From Candidatus Hydrogenedentota bacterium (lineage in GTDB: Bacteria; Hydrogenedentota; Hydrogenedentia; Hydrogenedentales; SLHB01): a stretch of DNA of 64,000 nucleotides. The notes under the pieces are model-generated. The model did not search any database. It was not told the origin of the DNA and was given only the letters and a program-made list of their open reading frames with translations. Where the stretch lies: assembly GCA_045863335.1 (NCBI GenBank), contig BTVY01000005.1, forward strand, positions 100,718 to 164,717, read 5' to 3'. Below are positions 21,535 to 31,677 of the stretch, one piece after another. Positions within the stretch are counted from its first letter, which is position 1. Each line of letters starts with the position of its first letter. A program made the translations under genes and the position numbers.

Positions 21535-21724
21535 AAGAAACATCCCCCGCCGCGCTAATGGCGCGGCACCCCCTTCAAAGGGGGAAAGGGCACCACACGG
21601 CGTACTTCGAGTGCTGCGGTTTTAGCTCTGTCGTTTGAGGATTTCGTCCGTTTCAACCCGTGGAGCGGAGCGACCACGCCTCCCCCTTTGAAGGGGGTGC
21701 CGCGAAGTGGCGGGGGATGTTCTT
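21535..21724. repeat. Inverted pair of ~45-bp CCCCCTTCAAAGGGGG palindromic elements (MITE/REP-like)
   Basis: aacatcccccgcc...gcggcacccccttcaaaggggga at 21539-21586 and its reverse complement tccccctttgaagggggtgccgcg...ggcgggggatgtt at 21681-21721. Confidence 0.85.
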
Positions 21725-21753
21725 TGTTTCGAGCTGGGAGTGGGGAGCACGAC

Positions 21754-23277
21754 GTGAATTCGTCACAAAGCAAAGTGCGGCGCGCGGGGCTGTGGGCCGG
21801 GTTGGCGGCGCTGCTGGTGATCTTCTTCATGCCGACGCCGGAAGGCATGTCAGCGGAAGGGCAGCGCGTGGCGGCGGTCGCTTTGTTGATGGGCGTGTGG
21901 TGGATCACTGAGGCGATTCCGATTCCGGCCACTTCTCTGCTGCCGCTGGCCTTGTTTCCATTGCTTGGCGTCATGAGCGGGAAAGACCTCGCCGTGTCCT
22001 ACGGCGATCCCAACATCTTCCTTTTCGCGGGCGGATTCTTCATCGCCATGGCCATGCAGAAGTGGCGCTTGCACGAGCGCATGGCCTTGAATATCGTCGC
22101 GCGCACGGGCGGCGACCCCGCGAACCTCGTGATGGGTTTCATGGTCGCCACGGCCTTTTTATCGCTTTGGATTTCCAACGCCGCGACGACCATGATGATG
22201 GTGCCCATCGGCCTCGCCGTGATCGACGAAGTCGCGGGCAAGGCCGGCAAAGAGCGGACCGTCAACTTCGGATTGTGCATCATGCTCGGCATCGCCTACG
22301 CCGCAAGCATCGGAGGCACGGGCACGCTCGTCGGCACGCCGCCGAACATCGTGCTCGCGGGGACCCTCGCGCGAATTTACCCCGAGGCGCCGCGCATCGG
22401 GTTTGGCCAATGGATGTTTTTCGGCATCCCCTTCGTGCTGGTCTTCATTCCCATCGCGTGGTTCCTGTTGACGCGCGTGTTGTGTCCGCTGCGCGAACTG
22501 GGATCGCTGACGGACGGCGAGGGCGCAGTGCGGGAACGGTTGCGCGCGCTCGGTCCTATGAGCCGCGGCGAACGCATCGTGCTGGCCGTATCGACGCTGA
22601 CGGCGCTGGCGTGGATCTTTCGCGCGGACCTGCAACTCGGCGCGTTCACGTTGCCCGGCTGGTCGCGATTGTTGCCGCACGCGGGGTTTGTGAACGACGG
22701 CACGGTCGCCATCTTCTTTGCGGTGCTGTTGTTCATGATCCCCGTCGACCGCAAAGCGGGCGAGTTTGCGCTGGATTGGGATTGGGCGGTGCGCATTCCA
22801 TGGGGCGTGCTGTTGTTGTTCGGCGGCGGCTTCGCCCTCGCGCAAGGGTTTAGCGACACAGGCCTCGTCGAATGGGCCGGAAATCACCTGAGCGTGTTGT
22901 CCGGGTTTCCGTTGCTGGTCATCCTCATCATTCTCTGTGTGGCCGTAACCTTTCTCACCGAATTCACGTCCAACACCGCGCTCGCCACGATCATGCTGCC
23001 TATCCTCGCGGTGACGGCGACGCAAGGCTTGCATGTGCATCCGTTGGTGCTACTCGTGCCGGCTACGCTGAGCGCGTCCATGGCCTTCATGATGCCCGTC
23101 GCGACGCCCCCCAACGCGCTCGTCTTCGGCAGCGGCCACGTGACGGTTTCGCAAATGGCCCGGACAGGATTCGTGTTGAATTTGGTGGGCGTTGTGTTGG
23201 TGGTGTTGATCACCTATCTCGTCGTGATTCCGGTGCTCAACATCACGCCGGGGGTGCTGCCGGCCTGGGCGCAATAG
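21754..23277 (+). CDS. DASS/SLC13 sodium:dicarboxylate/sulfate symporter
   Basis: WWITEAIP, SLWISNAAT, GTLVGTPPN, TEFTSNTA, FMMPVATPPNA. Confidence 0.93.
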   Translation: MNSSQSKVRRAGLWAGLAALLVIFFMPTPEGMSAEGQRVAAVALLMGVWWITEAIPIPATSLLPLALFPLLGVMSGKDLAVSYGDPNIFLFAGGFFIAMAMQKWRLHERMALNIVARTGGDPANLVMGFMVATAFLSLWISNAATTMMMVPIGLAVIDEVAGKAGKERTVNFGLCIMLGIAYAASIGGTGTLVGTPPNIVLAGTLARIYPEAPRIGFGQWMFFGIPFVLVFIPIAWFLLTRVLCPLRELGSLTDGEGAVRERLRALGPMSRGERIVLAVSTLTALAWIFRADLQLGAFTLPGWSRLLPHAGFVNDGTVAIFFAVLLFMIPVDRKAGEFALDWDWAVRIPWGVLLLFGGGFALAQGFSDTGLVEWAGNHLSVLSGFPLLVILIILCVAVTFLTEFTSNTALATIMLPILAVTATQGLHVHPLVLLVPATLSASMAFMMPVATPPNALVFGSGHVTVSQMARTGFVLNLVGVVLVVLITYLVVIPVLNITPGVLPAWAQ

Positions 23278-23308
23278 AGGAACCGCAGGGGCAGCATGTT
23301 GCGCTCTG

Positions 23309-23470
23309 TGGAGTGCGGTCACGCTATGGCGTGGCTGCTTTCACTAAGCAGGCTTGCCTGCGGCTTTGTGGCTGGCAAGTGCGCAGTTCAAGGGCAAATT
23401 CGGATCACTTCAAGTTCTTAGGGCTATCAGAACGAGCCTAATCAAAGCAGCCGCAAGCGGCCGCACTCCA
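23309..23470. repeat. GGAG-type REP doublet
   Basis: tggagtgcgg...gctgcttt paired with aaagcagccgcaagcggccgcactcca. Confidence 0.7.
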
Positions 23471-23556
23471 AAAGGGCATCCTTTGCGCTTTACCCGCGGC
23501 CTGTCCGTCTTTTACGATCTCCAGGCGCCCAGCCGCGCGAACGGGGGAGAATCACC

Positions 23557-24360
23557 ATGTCCAATCCATACGTTCACGGTTACGACCCGCGCGAAAGCGT
23601 GCGGCTCCAGGACCAGGCTTCGACGCTCGACGAACTGCTCCACGGCGATACCGTCTATCCCGAGGGCAGCCGCGTGTTGGAGGCCGGCTGCGGCGTCGGC
23701 GCGCAGACGGTGATCCTCGCGAAACGCAGTCCCGGCGCGGAGTTCACGTCGGTGGACATCTCGCCGGCGTCCCTGGCGCAGGCGCGCGAAGCGGTCGATC
23801 GCGCGGGCTTTACCAACGTCACCTTTCACGAAGGCGATATTTTTGATCTGCGCTTCGAGGATGCGTCGTTCGACCACGTCTTCGTCTGTTTCGTGCTCGA
23901 ACATCTCGCCGATCCGGAAGGCGCGCTGGCCGCGTTGCACCGTCTCATCAAACCGGGCGGCACGCTGACTGTCATTGAAGGGGATCACGGTTCCACCTTT
24001 ATGCATCCCCATAGCGACGATGCCTTGAAAGCCGTCGCGGCGCTCGTCGAACTCCAGGCCCGCGCGGGAGGCAACGCCAACATCGGCCGCCAGCTTTACC
24101 CGCTCCTGACCCAAGCCGGATACCGCGACTGCCGCGTGTCCCCCCGCATGGTCTACGTCGATTCCAGCCGCCCCAACTATGTCGAAGGATTTACCAGAAA
24201 CACCTTCACCGCCATGATCGCGGGCGTCCGCAGCGATGTTCTCGCCCACGGTATCCTCGACGCTGCCACCTTCGACAACGGCGTGCAGGGCCTCCGCCGC
24301 GCCGCGGAAGACGACGGGGTGTTTTGCTATACCTTCTTCAAAGTGTTGGCGAGCGTTTGA
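23557..24360 (+). CDS. Class I SAM-dependent methyltransferase
   Basis: VLEAGCGVG, VDIS, FDHVFVCFVLEHL, IKPGG. Confidence 0.92.
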   Translation: MSNPYVHGYDPRESVRLQDQASTLDELLHGDTVYPEGSRVLEAGCGVGAQTVILAKRSPGAEFTSVDISPASLAQAREAVDRAGFTNVTFHEGDIFDLRFEDASFDHVFVCFVLEHLADPEGALAALHRLIKPGGTLTVIEGDHGSTFMHPHSDDALKAVAALVELQARAGGNANIGRQLYPLLTQAGYRDCRVSPRMVYVDSSRPNYVEGFTRNTFTAMIAGVRSDVLAHGILDAATFDNGVQGLRRAAEDDGVFCYTFFKVLASV

Positions 24361-24468
24361 AACCAGCACCATCCTCAAGTGTGCTACGGTACACGGCGAG
24401 ACTTCCGTAGCGCAGCGCTCGCCGAGCGCGGCACCCGTTTATAGCGGAGCACCCAAACACATCCTCTT

Positions 24469-27400
24469 ATGAGTAACAACCACTGGCAATTCTGGATCGA
24501 TCGCGGCGGGACGTTTACCGACGTCGTGGCGCGGGATCCGTCGGGGGCGATCCACGTCCATAAGCTGTTGAGCGAGGACCCGGAGCATTATGCGGATGCG
24601 CCGTTGCAGGCGATCCGGGTGTTGATGGGGTTGAGGGCGGAGGAGCCGATTCCGGCGGCGCGGATCCGGTCGGTGAAGATGGGGACGACGCTGGCGACGA
24701 ATGCGTTGCTGGAGCGGAAGGGCGCGAAGGTCGGGCTCATCACGACACGGGGATTCGCGGACCTGCTGGAGATTGGGTACCAGGATCGGCCGGAGTTGTT
24801 TGCACTGGAGATTCGGAAACCGTCGACCTTGGCGCATGCGATCGTGGAAGTGGATGAGCGGGTGTTGGCGGACGTCACGGTACGGACGCCGCTCACGGAA
24901 GACGCCGTGCGCGCGGCGTTGCGGGAACTGCGGGATCGCGGCGTGGAGTCGCTGGCGGTGTTGTTTCTGCACAGCTACGCGTATCCCGAGCACGAGTTGC
25001 TGGTGGAGCGCTTGGCGCGGGACGCGGGGTTTGCGCAGATCAGTTTGAGCCATCGCGCGGCGCAGGAGATCAAGGCCGTGGGCCGCGGCGACACGACGAT
25101 GGCTGACGCCTATCTCACGCCGATCATGCGCGGGTATATTGAACGGTTGCGCGGCGCGTTTGTAGGTCGCGGGCCGGAGAAGACCCCCCCTCTAGCTCCC
25201 CCCGTGGACGGGGGGAGAACAGACTCCCTCCCCGTGGACGGGGAGGGTTGGGGAGGGGGTCTTCATTCCGTGGACACGGTGAAGAAGCAGTCAGAAAGGC
25301 GCGACGACGCGCCGCTGCGGTTCATGCAGTCCAATGGCGGACTGGCGGATGCGGATCGGTTCTCGGGGAAGGACGCGATCCTGTCGGGGCCCGCAGGGGG
25401 TGTTGTCGCGTATGCGCACGTGTGCAAACTCGCGGGATTCGAGAAGGCCATCGGCTTCGACATGGGCGGCACGAGCACGGACGTGAGCCGTTATGACGGG
25501 CGCTACGAACGCATCTTCGAAAACGTCGTCGCGGGTGTGCGCATCAAAGCGCCCATGATGTACATCGAGACCGTCGCCGCGGGCGGCGGATCGATTCTCG
25601 CCTTCGACGGACATCGCTTCACCGTGGGACCCGAAAGCGCGGGCGCGAATCCGGGTCCGGCGTGTTATCGCCGGGGTGGTCCGGCGGCAGTGACCGATGC
25701 GAATCTCGTGCTTGGACGTATCCAGCCCAAATATTTCCCCGCGTGTTTCGGTGGGAATGCAGACCAACCGCTCGATGCTGATGCGGCGCGCGAGAAGATC
25801 GCGGCCATTGCGAAACACCTGTGCGAAAGCACGGGACGCGAACTCTCGGTCGAAGAAACCGCTGCCGGGTTCGTCCGCATCGCGAACGAAAACATGGCGA
25901 AACCCATCAAGGAAATCAGCCTCGCGCGCGGGTACGACGTGCAGGAGTACGCGTTGGCCTGTTTCGGTGGCGCGGGCGCGCAACATGCCTGCGCCATCGC
26001 GGACACACTCGGCATGCGCACCATTCTGTTGCATCCCCACGCGGGCGTGCTCAGCGCGTACGGCATGGGCCTCGCCGATATGATTCATGCCGATGTGGAA
26101 GCGGTGTTGTGTCCGCTGGAAGCAGATACGCTGGACCGACTGGAACCCCGTTTTGCGCGATTGGAGGCGGAAGGGCGGCGCACGATCGAAGCCGAAGGAT
26201 TCGACGCGACGCATACGACGGTCGAACGCTCGGTGGACCTGCGCTACGTCGGCGTCGATACGTCGTTGAACGTGGTGATTCGCAATCCAGCCACATTGCG
26301 CGATGACTTCGAGGCGCAGCATCAGACGCTCTATGGTTTCATAAAGGAAGGACACCCTGTCGAAGTTCTGAACATCCGCGTCGAAACGGTCGGCCATACG
26401 GATAAACCGGATGAACCCGAGTTACCCTGCGTACCGCACAATGTTCCCGATAGTCTCTGCATCGACACAGTGACCGTGCATTTCGACGTGCTGGACGACG
26501 ACGGTACGCGCGTGCTTGAAGCGACCAGCACACCGGTATACGAACGCGCGCGGCTCGAACCCGGCATGCGCGTAACAGGCCCGGCGCTCGTTGTGGAGGC
26601 GGTGTCCACGGTGGTCGTGGATCCCGGTTGGACGGCGGCGGTGAATTCGCGCGGGCATCTGGTGCTCACCGCGAGCAGACGCAGTGCCCGGGAACGCGTC
26701 GCGACCGAACGCGATCCGGTCATGCTGGAAGTGTTCAACAATCTCTTCATGTCCATTGCCGATCAAATGGGCACCACGCTCGAACGCGTGAGCCACAGCG
26801 TGAACATCAAGGAACGGCTCGATTTTTCCTGCGCGATCTTTACGCACGCGGGCGAACTGGTGGCGAACGCGCCGCACATCCCCGTGCACCTCGGCGCTAT
26901 GGGCGAAAGCGTCAAGGCGATCGTTGCGGCGAATTCCGACGGTATGCGCCCTGGCGACGTATATGTGACGAACGACCCCTATCATGGCGGATCGCACTTG
27001 CCCGATGTGACGGTCGTGACGCCGGTCTTCTCCGAGTCCAACGAGTTGCTCTTCCTCGTCGCCAATCGCGGACATCACGCGGATATCGGCGGCATCGCGC
27101 CGGGCTCCATGCCACCTTTCTCGCGCAGCCTCGATGAAGAAGGGATCGTGCTGCACAATTTTAAGTTGGTTTCGGTTGGGCAGTTTCACGAAGAAGCGAT
27201 CGTGGCGAAGCTAAGCGAAGGCCCCTATCCCGCGCGCAACATAACCGAACGACTGAGCGATCTCCGCGCGCAAATCGCCGCGAACAATGCGGGTGCGCGG
27301 CTCTTGCGAGATCTCTGCGCGCAATACGGCGTCGAGGTCGTGCGAGCGTACATGGAACACGTGCGCGCGAATGCGGCGGAATCCATGCGCGACGCCATCC

Positions 27401-28233
27401 GTGCCTTGCCGGACGGCGTCCACCGGTTCGTGGATCATCTCGACAGCGGCGCGGCGATTCGCTGCGCCGTCACGGTCGAGGACGATCGCGCGGTCGTCGA
27501 TTTCACCGGCACCGATCCGCAGCTCGACACCAATCTCAACGCGCCTCCCGCCGTCACCATCGCCGCCGTGCTCTACGTGTTCCGGACGCTCATCGGCAAA
27601 TCCATCCCGTTGAACAGCGGTTGCCTCGATCCGATTGAAGTTCGCATCCCCGAAGGGTCCTTGCTCAACCCGACGTATCCCGCGGCCGTGGTGGGCGGCA
27701 ATGTGGAAACCTCGCAGCGTGTGGTCGACGTGTTGTACGGCGCGCTCGGCGTCGTCGCGGCGAGCCAGGGCACCATGAACAACTTCAGTTTCGGCACGAC
27801 AGATTTCGGTTACTACGAGACCATCTGCGGCGGTTCCGGCGCGGGCCCGGACTTCGACGGCGCGTCCGCCGTGCACGTTCACATGACCAACACCCGCATC
27901 ACCGATCCGGAGGTGTTGGAACAGCGCTACCCGGTCATCCTGCGCGAGTTCAGCATCCGCCACGGATCCGGCGGCGCGGGCCGGCATCGCGGCGGCGACG
28001 GCGTTACGCGGCGCGTGGAATTTCAGGAGCCCATGTCGGTATCGCTATTGACCGAGCGGCGCGTCACGCTGCCTTTTGGCGTCAACGGCGGCGAACCCGG
28101 ACGACCCGGTCGAAACGCGCTCGAACGCGATGGAGCGATAAAGGAGTTGCAGGGACATGCCGCTTTGAATGTGCAGGCAGGGGATGTGGTTGTCATCGAG
28201 ACTCCCGGCGGGGGCGGGTCTGGGAAAGGCTGA
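24469..28233 (+). CDS. Fused hydantoinase A/B 5-oxoprolinase (OplA type) with an in-frame palindromic insertion
   Basis: [75 protein letters not shown]. Confidence 0.95.
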   Translation: MSNNHWQFWIDRGGTFTDVVARDPSGAIHVHKLLSEDPEHYADAPLQAIRVLMGLRAEEPIPAARIRSVKMGTTLATNALLERKGAKVGLITTRGFADLLEIGYQDRPELFALEIRKPSTLAHAIVEVDERVLADVTVRTPLTEDAVRAALRELRDRGVESLAVLFLHSYAYPEHELLVERLARDAGFAQISLSHRAAQEIKAVGRGDTTMADAYLTPIMRGYIERLRGAFVGRGPEKTPPLAPPVDGGRTDSLPVDGEGWGGGLHSVDTVKKQSERRDDAPLRFMQSNGGLADADRFSGKDAILSGPAGGVVAYAHVCKLAGFEKAIGFDMGGTSTDVSRYDGRYERIFENVVAGVRIKAPMMYIETVAAGGGSILAFDGHRFTVGPESAGANPGPACYRRGGPAAVTDANLVLGRIQPKYFPACFGGNADQPLDADAAREKIAAIAKHLCESTGRELSVEETAAGFVRIANENMAKPIKEISLARGYDVQEYALACFGGAGAQHACAIADTLGMRTILLHPHAGVLSAYGMGLADMIHADVEAVLCPLEADTLDRLEPRFARLEAEGRRTIEAEGFDATHTTVERSVDLRYVGVDTSLNVVIRNPATLRDDFEAQHQTLYGFIKEGHPVEVLNIRVETVGHTDKPDEPELPCVPHNVPDSLCIDTVTVHFDVLDDDGTRVLEATSTPVYERARLEPGMRVTGPALVVEAVSTVVVDPGWTAAVNSRGHLVLTASRRSARERVATERDPVMLEVFNNLFMSIADQMGTTLERVSHSVNIKERLDFSCAIFTHAGELVANAPHIPVHLGAMGESVKAIVAANSDGMRPGDVYVTNDPYHGGSHLPDVTVVTPVFSESNELLFLVANRGHHADIGGIAPGSMPPFSRSLDEEGIVLHNFKLVSVGQFHEEAIVAKLSEGPYPARNITERLSDLRAQIAANNAGARLLRDLCAQYGVEVVRAYMEHVRANAAESMRDAIRALPDGVHRFVDHLDSGAAIRCAVTVEDDRAVVDFTGTDPQLDTNLNAPPAVTIAAVLYVFRTLIGKSIPLNSGCLDPIEVRIPEGSLLNPTYPAAVVGGNVETSQRVVDVLYGALGVVAASQGTMNNFSFGTTDFGYYETICGGSGAGPDFDGASAVHVHMTNTRITDPEVLEQRYPVILREFSIRHGSGGAGRHRGGDGVTRRVEFQEPMSVSLLTERRVTLPFGVNGGEPGRPGRNALERDGAIKELQGHAALNVQAGDVVVIETPGGGGSGKG
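25179..25264. mobile_element. Intragenic palindromic miniature element (RPE/REP-like) inside the oxoprolinase
   Basis: Ends gaagaccccc / gggggtcttc, with two internal hairpins ctccccc-gtggac-gggggg and ccctcccc-gtggac-ggggaggg. Confidence 0.8.
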
Positions 28234-28246
28234 GCACCGTTCTTTA

Positions 28247-28280
28247 ATGGACGGCATGGACCATATGGACGAAATGGACT
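28247..28280. repeat. 9-bp-period ATGGAC array (4 units)
   Basis: atggacggc atggaccat atggacgaa atggact, directly after the oxoprolinase stop. Confidence 0.7.
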
Positions 28281-28291
28281 ATGGGCGCCTC

Positions 28292-28347
28292 AACAAAACC
28301 CGGCCGCGGAGTCAAGACTCGAAAGCCCGTCTCGACGCGGCCGGGGT
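28292..28347 (-). terminator. Probable intrinsic terminator for the PRC-barrel gene
   Basis: Minus strand ccggccgcg...cgcggccgg stem followed by gttttgtt. Confidence 0.55.
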
Positions 28348-28407
28348 GGTGGTAGATGATGCTCGAACGTTGACGTCGGGTTCACGTTCGATGCTGCATG
28401 GATCTTG

Positions 28408-29142
28408 TTACACACGCGCGCTCGGGCGACCGTAGTAGTCGTAAAGCCGCGCTTCGAATTCTTCGTTCACGGGTTCGGTGGGATCGAAGGGCGGCGCGCT
28501 CTTGACGGTTTCCGTCGGCAGTGTGACGTGGACCTTCTTCTCGTCCCACGCAACGCGTTCGATCCATTCGTTGGCGAGCAGCACGTGCTTGCCCGGCAGC
28601 CAATTCCGCGTGTCCACGACAAACATTTTGAGATACCAGCCCGTGATCTCGGCAATGAAATCGTCGACGTGACCGATATCGCCGTCCGTACACGCCACAT
28701 GGTAGCCCGTCACCTCTTTGAGGCTGCGCAGGTGCGGATCGAACCGGCCTTCTTCGGGGACTTCCGCGCGACGCTTGGGCGGAACCGGCGCCGGCATGGA
28801 AGGTGACGGAAACCCTGGCGTCCAGTAGGGCGCCCAGTGGTAGTACTTATGGAGTTCCGATTCCACTTGGCGCGACACGGGCTGGTCGAGCGCGATGTCC
28901 GGGCTCTTCTTGATTTCGTCCTTTGTATGGTTGACCGGGAAAAGTCGCGTGGCCCAATCCGGACGTCCCAACGCGGCCGGAACGACCAAGACCTTTCGGG
29001 CTGGAAGGAACGTTCCTGTGTCCACCACCAGATAACGCAACGCCCAGTCAGTGTCGTCGAAGTAGAAGTCGGACACGGATCCGATGGTGCCGTCAAGCGC
29101 TTCCAGGTTGTATCCGAGCAATCCGTTCAAACTGCGTAGCAT
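28408..29142 (-). CDS. Tandem PRC-barrel domain protein
   Basis: Two repeats G..L.A.DG.IG.V.DF..D...W.LRYLVVDT..LP.RKVL, plus DPHLRS. Confidence 0.9.
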   Translation of the reverse strand: MLRSLNGLLGYNLEALDGTIGSVSDFYFDDTDWALRYLVVDTGTFLPARKVLVVPAALGRPDWATRLFPVNHTKDEIKKSPDIALDQPVSRQVESELHKYYHWAPYWTPGFPSPSMPAPVPPKRRAEVPEEGRFDPHLRSLKEVTGYHVACTDGDIGHVDDFIAEITGWYLKMFVVDTRNWLPGKHVLLANEWIERVAWDEKKVHVTLPTETVKSAPPFDPTEPVNEEFEARLYDYYGRPSARV

Positions 29143-29243
29143 AGTGCATCCCTCCTTGTCCTTGCCTGCGGGACCGGGGTCTGTCGGGTACGATGGTCAA
29201 CCTTGCGACGCCGAACTTTGGCCCCGCGGGGGCGCCGCCGTTT

Positions 29244-29636
29244 TCACTGCGGGTGCCCCGTAGCTTCGTTCAACTGTCGCTTCAGATCCGCATCTTCAAT
29301 CGGATAAATCAGGATGTTTGTGCGCGGATATTTCTTTACCTGATTGCCGAGGTTCATGCGGTACATGGAAATGGCCACCAGCACGGGCGTTTCTTGTATA
29401 GGTCTCATGCGCCGCAACGCGTCGCAGGTCTGCAAGATCCGGTCGTCGCTCTCCTCCTCCGAATCGATGACGATCGCGTCTGGCGCGCGATTCAAGTCCG
29501 CCGAGTGGTTGGGCCAGTCGTTCGGCGCCTCCAGCCACTCATAACGCGGCATCTCCGAGCGCAACGCTTCGGTCCGTCCGGGTTGGGGATACACCACCAG
29601 AATCGTTGGGTTTGTCTCCTTCGCATCAACACTCAT
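29244..29636 (-). CDS. Atypical stand-alone receiver-like domain
   Basis: PDAIVID...C..LR......TPVLV pattern; lacks the acidic pocket (VVYP) and the conserved Lys (LIYP). Confidence 0.6.
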   Translation of the reverse strand: MSVDAKETNPTILVVYPQPGRTEALRSEMPRYEWLEAPNDWPNHSADLNRAPDAIVIDSEEESDDRILQTCDALRRMRPIQETPVLVAISMYRMNLGNQVKKYPRTNILIYPIEDADLKRQLNEATGHPQ

Positions 29637-29711
29637 GTTTTTTCACTCCAACCTTCCAACTCGCAATCAATCCAGGGTTTGACAGCATTCGCCAGCACCG
29701 GATTTTGAAGG

Positions 29712-29728
29712 AGCAACCTCAGTGCCAA
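29712..29728 (-). promoter_or_regulatory. Sigma54 (-24/-12) promoter
   Basis: Minus strand TTGGCAC-TGAGG-TTGCT (GG-N10-GC), about 75 bp upstream of ATG 29636. Confidence 0.75.
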
Positions 29729-30130
29729 TTCCGGGCAAATCTTTGTAAGTCCCGATATGCCTGGGGATACCTTTGAACGGCGTCACCTCCGACGCTACGG
29801 ACGCCGGGCGAGCGATTTGGGGAAGGGGACTGTATGTGCACATCCAGTACATTTCGGACTGCAAACCGGCCTGCTTGTTCTCAACCGAGAGGCGATCCCT
29901 TGTGCAATCCCGTGGTTCTGCGGCTGAGGGAATGCGTAACGTACTGATATGAGGATGGATGGCCGAAATCGCGGCAGGTGTCACCGATCTGCACGCGGTG
30001 TGTTCTTGCTACACACGCACTTGGCGGCGCGCAACACTCTGGCTTCCGGTTTGGTTGAAGGTATTGCAAGCGGGTAAGATGCGGCTGGGGTGAGAGGCTG
30101 GATAGTTGGGACCAACCGCAGGGAGGGCGC

Positions 30131-30604
30131 ATGACACTTCTGGGATGGCGCGAATGGCTGGCCCTTCCGGAATTGGGAATCCCCGCCCTCAAAGCCAAGA
30201 TCGATACTGGCGCCCGGACTTCGGCGCTCCATGCCTTTACCCTGGAAACCTTTTACGTGAAACGGAAACGCCGCGTGCGTTTCGGGGTGCATCCGCTACA
30301 ACGCAAAACCGGGCTCGAGATCTTCTGCGAAGCCGATGTAATCGACGAGCGGTACGTGAGCGATTCGGGGGGGCACCGGGAGCGCCGGCTGGTCATCCAG
30401 ACGCCCATTCGCATCGGCGAGCAGGAGTGGCCCATCGAGATCACGTTGACCAACCGCGATTCCATGCTCTTTCGCATGCTTCTGGGCCGGACGGCATTGC
30501 AGGATCGGTTCTGGGTCGACCCGTCCCATTCCTACCTGTTCGGGCGATCGTTGCCGCGCGTCTACCGGCGCAAGAAACGGCGCGTCGATCCTGCCGGGCC
30601 GTAG
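30131..30604 (+). CDS. RimK-associated retropepsin-like protease (RimB / 'ATP-dependent zinc protease' family)
   Basis: GWREW..LP.LG, KAKIDTGARTSALHA, LTNR..M.FRMLLGR. Confidence 0.9.
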   Translation: MTLLGWREWLALPELGIPALKAKIDTGARTSALHAFTLETFYVKRKRRVRFGVHPLQRKTGLEIFCEADVIDERYVSDSGGHRERRLVIQTPIRIGEQEWPIEITLTNRDSMLFRMLLGRTALQDRFWVDPSHSYLFGRSLPRVYRRKKRRVDPAGP

Positions 30605-30618
30605 GCGAGGTGCGGGCG

Positions 30619-31599
30619 ATGGCAAAGCCGGACAAAATGAAATCGGGGCGGCGCGCCTCATTCACGGTGAATGGCGCGGAGGTTCTGGCGGGCGAACGCC
30701 GCACGGTGGATGTGCCGCTGCCGCAACTGTACACGCACACCTCCATTCCCATGCCGGTGCAGGTGCTGCACGGATTGAAAGACGGACCGCGCCTCTTCCT
30801 TACCGCGGCCCTGCACGGTGACGAACTGAACGGATTGGAAATCATTCGCCGCGTGGTGGCCCGGCTCGACCCGCGCCGGATTCGCGGAACGGTCCTCGCG
30901 GTGCCGGTCGTGAACGTCTTCGGATTGATTACCCAATCGAGGTATCTGCCAGACCGGCGCGACCTTAACCGTAGTTTTCCCGGCTCGCCGAGTGGCTCGT
31001 TGGCGTCGCGGCTGGCGCACACCGTGCTTCGGGAGATCATCCGTCCCTGCACACATGGAATCGATCTGCATACGGCGGGCATGAACCGGACCAACCTGCC
31101 GCAGATCCGGGCGAACCTGGCGGACCCGGAAACGCGCCAATGCGCGGAGGCCTTCGGCGCGCCGGTGATGGTGAATTCCGCGGCGCGCGATGGGTCGCTG
31201 CGCGAAGCGGCTGTCGCGAATGGCGTGCACGTACTGGTTTACGAAGCCGGAGAACCCCTTCGGTTCAACGACGACGCCATCGACACGGGCGTATCCGGCG
31301 TTTTGCGCGTAATGGCTGCGCTTGGGATGCGGATGGGACGCAAGCGGGGGCCGGATCGGCCTTGTTTGGAAGCGCGCACCAGCAAGTGGGTGCGGGCGCG
31401 GCGCAGCGGGATCTTGCGCTTGTCGGTCGCCGTAGGCGAACATGTACGGAAAGGTCAGTCGCTGGGCGTCATTTCCGATTCATTTGAGGAACACAAGATT
31501 ACAGTCAAATCGCCGTGGACGGGCGTGGTCATCGGGCAAACGGTCAATCCCCTCGTCTACCGCGGCGACGCCATCGTGCATGTGGGTATCCTCGATTAA
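30619..31599 (+). CDS. Succinylglutamate desuccinylase/aspartoacylase (M14-like) family protein
   Basis: HGDELNG, DLNRSFPG, IDLHT, YEAG and a C-terminal biotinyl-like hairpin. Start ATG 30619 (track start 30106 is spurious). Confidence 0.92.
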   Translation: MAKPDKMKSGRRASFTVNGAEVLAGERRTVDVPLPQLYTHTSIPMPVQVLHGLKDGPRLFLTAALHGDELNGLEIIRRVVARLDPRRIRGTVLAVPVVNVFGLITQSRYLPDRRDLNRSFPGSPSGSLASRLAHTVLREIIRPCTHGIDLHTAGMNRTNLPQIRANLADPETRQCAEAFGAPVMVNSAARDGSLREAAVANGVHVLVYEAGEPLRFNDDAIDTGVSGVLRVMAALGMRMGRKRGPDRPCLEARTSKWVRARRSGILRLSVAVGEHVRKGQSLGVISDSFEEHKITVKSPWTGVVIGQTVNPLVYRGDAIVHVGILD

Positions 31600-31677
31600 T
31601 CGCCGCCGGGCGTCATGATTCGTAACACCAATTCTGCAAGGCAATGAACCCGGCCTTCGGGTTCCGGAGTCGATAGT

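Noticed and set aside
30106-30618. Apparent 497-aa fusion upstream of the AstE-like gene
   Set aside because: The region encodes the RimB-like protease in another frame.
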